From Bacteroidales bacterium (GTDB lineage Bacteria > Bacteroidota > Bacteroidia > Bacteroidales > UBA3663), in the NCBI GenBank assembly GCA_017632695.1, contig JAGBQS010000051.1, forward strand, positions 1 through 56,134: DNA of 56,134 nucleotides. Direction: 5' to 3'. The notes beneath the pieces were generated by a model. That model ran no database searches. It saw only the letters and a program-made list of their open reading frames with translations, and was not told the origin of the DNA. A program made the position numbers and the translations under genes. Shown one piece after another: positions 52,680-56,134 of the stretch (position 1 is the first letter of the stretch; every line of letters begins with the position of its first letter).

Positions 52680-55600
52680 ATGAAGAAAAACCTACTCTTT
52701 GCCTCCCTGTTCCTTTTGAGTATGGGTACAGTTTGGGCACAGCGCCAGATGGAGACTCTCGATCGCGGTTTGGTAGCTGTTAAGGTCTCGAACGGAGTGT
52801 ATACCTCCTGGCGTATTCCGGGTGATGAATACTATGGCGTCAGGTACAATCTGTACCGCGATGGTAACCTTGTGGCTGAAAACCTGACTGTTTCCAACTA
52901 TCTGGATGCAAGCGGAACCGCCTCGAATGTCTACACTGTGGCTCCGGTCGTTGACGGAAAGGTAGGCGAGAAGTGTACTGCAGCATCGGTATGGAATAAC
53001 CAGTATCTGCAAATCGATCTTCAGCCGGTCATCAATCCCAAGACGGGTCGTGACGTAACTTCTGTAATGAGCATTACCGATGGAACGGTTGCCGATCTGG
53101 ACGGAGACGGGCAGTATGAGCTTGTCATCGAACGCCAGAATACCGATGTGACTGTTGGCAACGACTCGGCTTACACCCGTTTCGAAGCCTATGAGTTCGA
53201 CGGAACCAAGCTTTGGGAAGTGAATCTGGGACCGAACATGCGTGACGGTAACGGTTCGGAGAATGCCTGCTTTGCTTTCGACTTTGACGAGGACGGCAAG
53301 GCTGAGATTATTTTCCGTGGTGGTGATGGTACGATCCTGCCGGACGGAACTGTTTTGGGTAATGCCAACGTGAATTACCGAACGGATTATTCGAGTACGC
53401 AGACCTTTATGGAGCAGGGCGACGAGTTTATTGTCCTGCTTGACGGCTATACAGGTCAGACGCTCGATTATCAGAAGTTTGATTCCAATGACGGAGGCTA
53501 CAACAAGACAACCAATAATAAGACTCCTCCATCGGGTGTATACGAACCGGGTACTTCGGCCCCGGGCAACAACCTGGCCCGTCGTTCAGTGGCTTTCTGG
53601 TACGAAGGCAATTCGAAGAGCGATGGCGGTCACCGTGCCACGAAGTTCTATTTCGGTGCTCCTTATTTAGACGGGCGTCATCCGTCTGTTTATCTGGGTC
53701 GTGGCTGTTACACCAATTATCATGCCGCTACTTGGGATGTGATCAATAAGAAACTCGTCTTGAAATGGGCCTGTGCCGTCGATGATCCTTCGTCTGTTTT
53801 TTACGGACAGGGTTATCATAACTTTACCATTGCCGATATAGATCAGGACGGACGCGATGAAATCTGTCACGGAAACATGGTGGTCGACGAATACGGCAAG
53901 TTCCATTCAAGTACCGGTCTGGGTCACGGCGATGCTCAGCACTATAGCGATTTGGATCCGTTCCGCGACGGCTTGGAAGGCTTCCGCTGTCTGGAAGATA
54001 ATCCTGGCGCCGTATATGTGGACGCTAACTCAAATGAGATTCTGTTCCGATGGAAGCGAGGTAATGACTGTGGCCGATGCATGGCCGGAAACTTTACGGA
54101 TACCTATCCGGGAGCAGAACTTTGGACCGTCGACGGCAAGCTTTGGTCGGCTTCCACATCCCGTGATGCTGAGGCAACTGTAGCTTCATCGGCACCTGGC
54201 GTCACTATGAATGCCCGCATTTTCTGGGATGGCGACATTCTGGAAGAATCGATGGATTATGTATCCGTTTCGAACTATCAGGGCTACGATATGAGTGTCC
54301 GCAAGTGGGGCGGTAAGGTGCTTTTCACCACTTCTGGCTGTCTGACTATTAACTCCACCAAGGGTAACCCTTGTGCTCAGGCTGATATTTTCGGCGATTG
54401 GCGTGAAGAATTCATTCTGCCGACAACCAACAACCGTTCTGTCCGCATTTTCACTACTACCGACCCGACTGAGTTCCGTAACTATACGCTGATGCACGAT
54501 CCGCAATACCGTCAGGCTGTTTACTGGCAGTCAACAGGCTATAACCAGCCGCATCACGTAAGTTACTTCCTGGGCAATCTGGAGGGTATTCTTTTGCCTC
54601 CGCCACCATCCGTAACCAATGGCAAGGAGATGCTTGGAACTTCACTCAGCGCCGCTACGAACGGTCAATTCGTATTAGGTTGTGAGACCTCGAATACGAC
54701 TGTTTCAGCCTCAGGAAACATTTCCCCCGCCTATCTGCAGATCAATTCTCCTGCCGATTACACTATTTCGGGTGGCGAGTTTACAGGTACTACAACCCTT
54801 TTGAAACAGGGTCTTGGTGCGCTGACTCTTACGGGCGGTACATATAATCAGACGGGAAATACCGAAGTATGGTACGGAACGCTGAACCTCAGTTCTGCCT
54901 ATACTTCATCGCCTGTAGTCATGAAGCGCTTCTCGAAAGTGAACAGCAATGCTTCGTTGGGTAACGTTTCCATGGAATACGGTTCGACACTTTATCCGGG
55001 CAATGCCGGAACAGTCGGCACATTATCGGCCAAGAAAGTTGAGATGCTGGGTGGAGCTGTCCTGGAGTTCGATATTCAGAATGACGGAACGGCTTTCGAC
55101 CAGTTGACTGTGGATTCCTTAATCCTGGGTGAGGCTAACTGTATCGGAGCTACTCCGACATTCTATATCCGTCGTACAGCTTCGGGCGCATTGGCAGCAG
55201 GTGAATATACGCTTGTCAAAGCCAACAAGGCCATTAAGGGCGATGTTTCGGCTATCACGTTGAATGGACTGAAAGGTCTTTCGGCATCGCTTAAGCAAAA
55301 CGGAAACAGCATTGTGCTGGTTGTTGAGAGCATGCGCGTGGCTACCGATATCGTTTATAGCGGTTCCGGCGATTGGGATCTGAACAAATCGGAATCGTTC
55401 CTGATTGACGATCAGCCGGTATCGTTTGTTACGGGCGACCGTGTTACTATCGATGCCTCGAAGGCAAATGTAACCATTACTATTGCCGAAGATGTGGAAC
55501 CGGGTAGTCTGACAATCATGGGTACCTATAATGTGAACATCAAGGGTACCGGCCGTATTGGCGGTAGCGGTAAACTGATTAAGAAGGGTACGGGTATCCT

Positions 55601-56134
55601 GACAATTGCTAATGTCAACAACTTTACCGGAGGTGCCTTCATTCAGGAGGGAACCGTAAAGGTATCGTCGATGGCTGACTTGCAGAACGATGGACCTCTG
55701 GGTGCCTATTCGCCTGATGTGGTTAAGATTACTGTAGAGACGGGTGCCCGTCTTTGGGGCCTTACCGGTATTACAAACCCGAATGCTATTGCATTAGGCG
55801 ATTCTTCGATGATTTATACGCAAGGGGACTGGATTCAGCAAGGACCTCTTTCGGGAGGCAAGCTGGTGAAGCAGGGCAATGGAACGATGAGTTTCGAAAC
55901 GACTCCTACGGCTTCGGTTGTCGAAATTCAAGCCGGAACATTCCAAACCAATTCGACTGTCAATAACTGCTTAGGCAATAAGGTGATTCTGCGTGGCGGA
56001 ACTTTAACCTTCGATGACAGTTCCTATTCGTATGGCAGTCAGCGAGCCGAATGGTTCGTACCGGAGGGTTGCTCTGCTACGGTTAACCTGGACCGCCGAT
56101 GCGACTACTACAACAAGCTGACAGGTAGCGGTAC
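52680..56134 (+). CDS. Rhamnogalacturonan lyase (PL11, YesW-like beta-propeller) with C-terminal autotransporter-associated beta-strand repeats; 3' end outside the window
   Basis: This ORF is not in the supplied track because it has no stop in the window. I translated the frame by hand and it stays open to 56134. N-terminus: MKKNLLFASLFLLSMGTVWAQRQMETLDRGLVAVKVSNGVYTSWRIPGDE. Propeller motifs: VADLDGDGQYELV, FDFDEDGKAEII, IADIDQDGRDEI, ADIFGDWREEFILPT, MHDPQYRQAVYWQSTGYNQPHHVSYFLG. Repeats follow, such as GKLIKKGTGILTIANVNNFTGGAFIQEGTVKV. Confidence 0.85.
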   Translation, partial: MKKNLLFASLFLLSMGTVWAQRQMETLDRGLVAVKVSNGVYTSWRIPGDEYYGVRYNLYRDGNLVAENLTVSNYLDASGTASNVYTVAPVVDGKVGEKCTAASVWNNQYLQIDLQPVINPKTGRDVTSVMSITDGTVADLDGDGQYELVIERQNTDVTVGNDSAYTRFEAYEFDGTKLWEVNLGPNMRDGNGSENACFAFDFDEDGKAEIIFRGGDGTILPDGTVLGNANVNYRTDYSSTQTFMEQGDEFIVLLDGYTGQTLDYQKFDSNDGGYNKTTNNKTPPSGVYEPGTSAPGNNLARRSVAFWYEGNSKSDGGHRATKFYFGAPYLDGRHPSVYLGRGCYTNYHAATWDVINKKLVLKWACAVDDPSSVFYGQGYHNFTIADIDQDGRDEICHGNMVVDEYGKFHSSTGLGHGDAQHYSDLDPFRDGLEGFRCLEDNPGAVYVDANSNEILFRWKRGNDCGRCMAGNFTDTYPGAELWTVDGKLWSASTSRDAEATVASSAPGVTMNARIFWDGDILEESMDYVSVSNYQGYDMSVRKWGGKVLFTTSGCLTINSTKGNPCAQADIFGDWREEFILPTTNNRSVRIFTTTDPTEFRNYTLMHDPQYRQAVYWQSTGYNQPHHVSYFLGNLEGILLPPPPSVTNGKEMLGTSLSAATNGQFVLGCETSNTTVSASGNISPAYLQINSPADYTISGGEFTGTTTLLKQGLGALTLTGGTYNQTGNTEVWYGTLNLSSAYTSSPVVMKRFSKVNSNASLGNVSMEYGSTLYPGNAGTVGTLSAKKVEMLGGAVLEFDIQNDGTAFDQLTVDSLILGEANCIGATPTFYIRRTASGALAAGEYTLVKANKAIKGDVSAITLNGLKGLSASLKQNGNSIVLVVESMRVATDIVYSGSGDWDLNKSESFLIDDQPVSFVTGDRVTIDASKANVTITIAEDVEPGSLTIMGTYNVNIKGTGRIGGSGKLIKKGTGILTIANVNNFTGGAFIQEGTVKVSSMADLQNDGPLGAYSPDVVKITVETGARLWGLTGITNPNAIALGDSSMIYTQGDWIQQGPLSGGKLVKQGNGTMSFETTPTASVVEIQAGTFQTNSTVNNCLGNKVILRGGTLTFDDSSYSYGSQRAEWFVPEGCSATVNLDRRCDYYNKLTGSG

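Noticed and set aside
1-56134. CRISPR arrays, rRNA and tRNA genes
   Set aside because: No regularly spaced direct repeats were found. No tRNA-like cloverleaf segments or rRNA-like conserved stretches appear in any intergenic region. All spacers longer than 100 nt were read individually.

Overview
This is a 56.1-kb Bacteroidota (Bacteroidales-type) chromosomal segment. Three things support that assignment: SusC/SusD pairs, TAnnTTTG -7 promoter boxes, and lipoproteins with acidic residues after the lipidated Cys. I count about 32 protein genes and found no rRNA, tRNA, CRISPR array, integrase or transposase.

Left part (1-19.8 kb):
- A partial TonB-dependent receptor (TBDR) 3' end.
- A SusC-like gene separated from its presumed SusD-like partner by a lipoprotein + TBDR pair. 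Each of the three units carries its own copy of one promoter module.
- A DAACS symporter and a secreted HMA-domain protein.
- A cobalamin riboswitch driving a BtuB-like receptor and a BtuG-like beta-propeller lipoprotein.
- A LysE exporter, purL and an MltC-like lytic transglycosylase.

Middle part (19.9-28.9 kb), the most unusual region: seven tightly packed co-directional genes.
- Three proteins without signal peptides each start with an N-terminal zinc ribbon. One is gingipain/caspase-like (clan CD) with an intact His/Cys dyad. One is SPFH-like with a long coiled coil. One is a bitopic membrane protein with a Sel1-like C-terminus.
- Four secreted proteins follow, built from LPP20-like and CsgG/LpoB-like modules.
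- I propose a previously uncharacterised envelope-spanning system. Its function is unknown, and all family assignments come from motifs read by eye, not from HMM searches.

Right part (28.9-56.1 kb):
- A MATE exporter.
- A promoter-plus-terminator-bounded candidate sRNA of about 200 nt.
- A PL10 pectate lyase, dprA and a hot-dog thioesterase.
- A 17-kb polysaccharide utilization locus (PUL) with two SusC/SusD pairs and three multi-fasciclin (FAS1) surface lipoproteins.
- A Tat-signal Fe-S protein pair.
- A 3'-truncated PL11 rhamnogalacturonan lyase with autotransporter-type beta-strand repeats.
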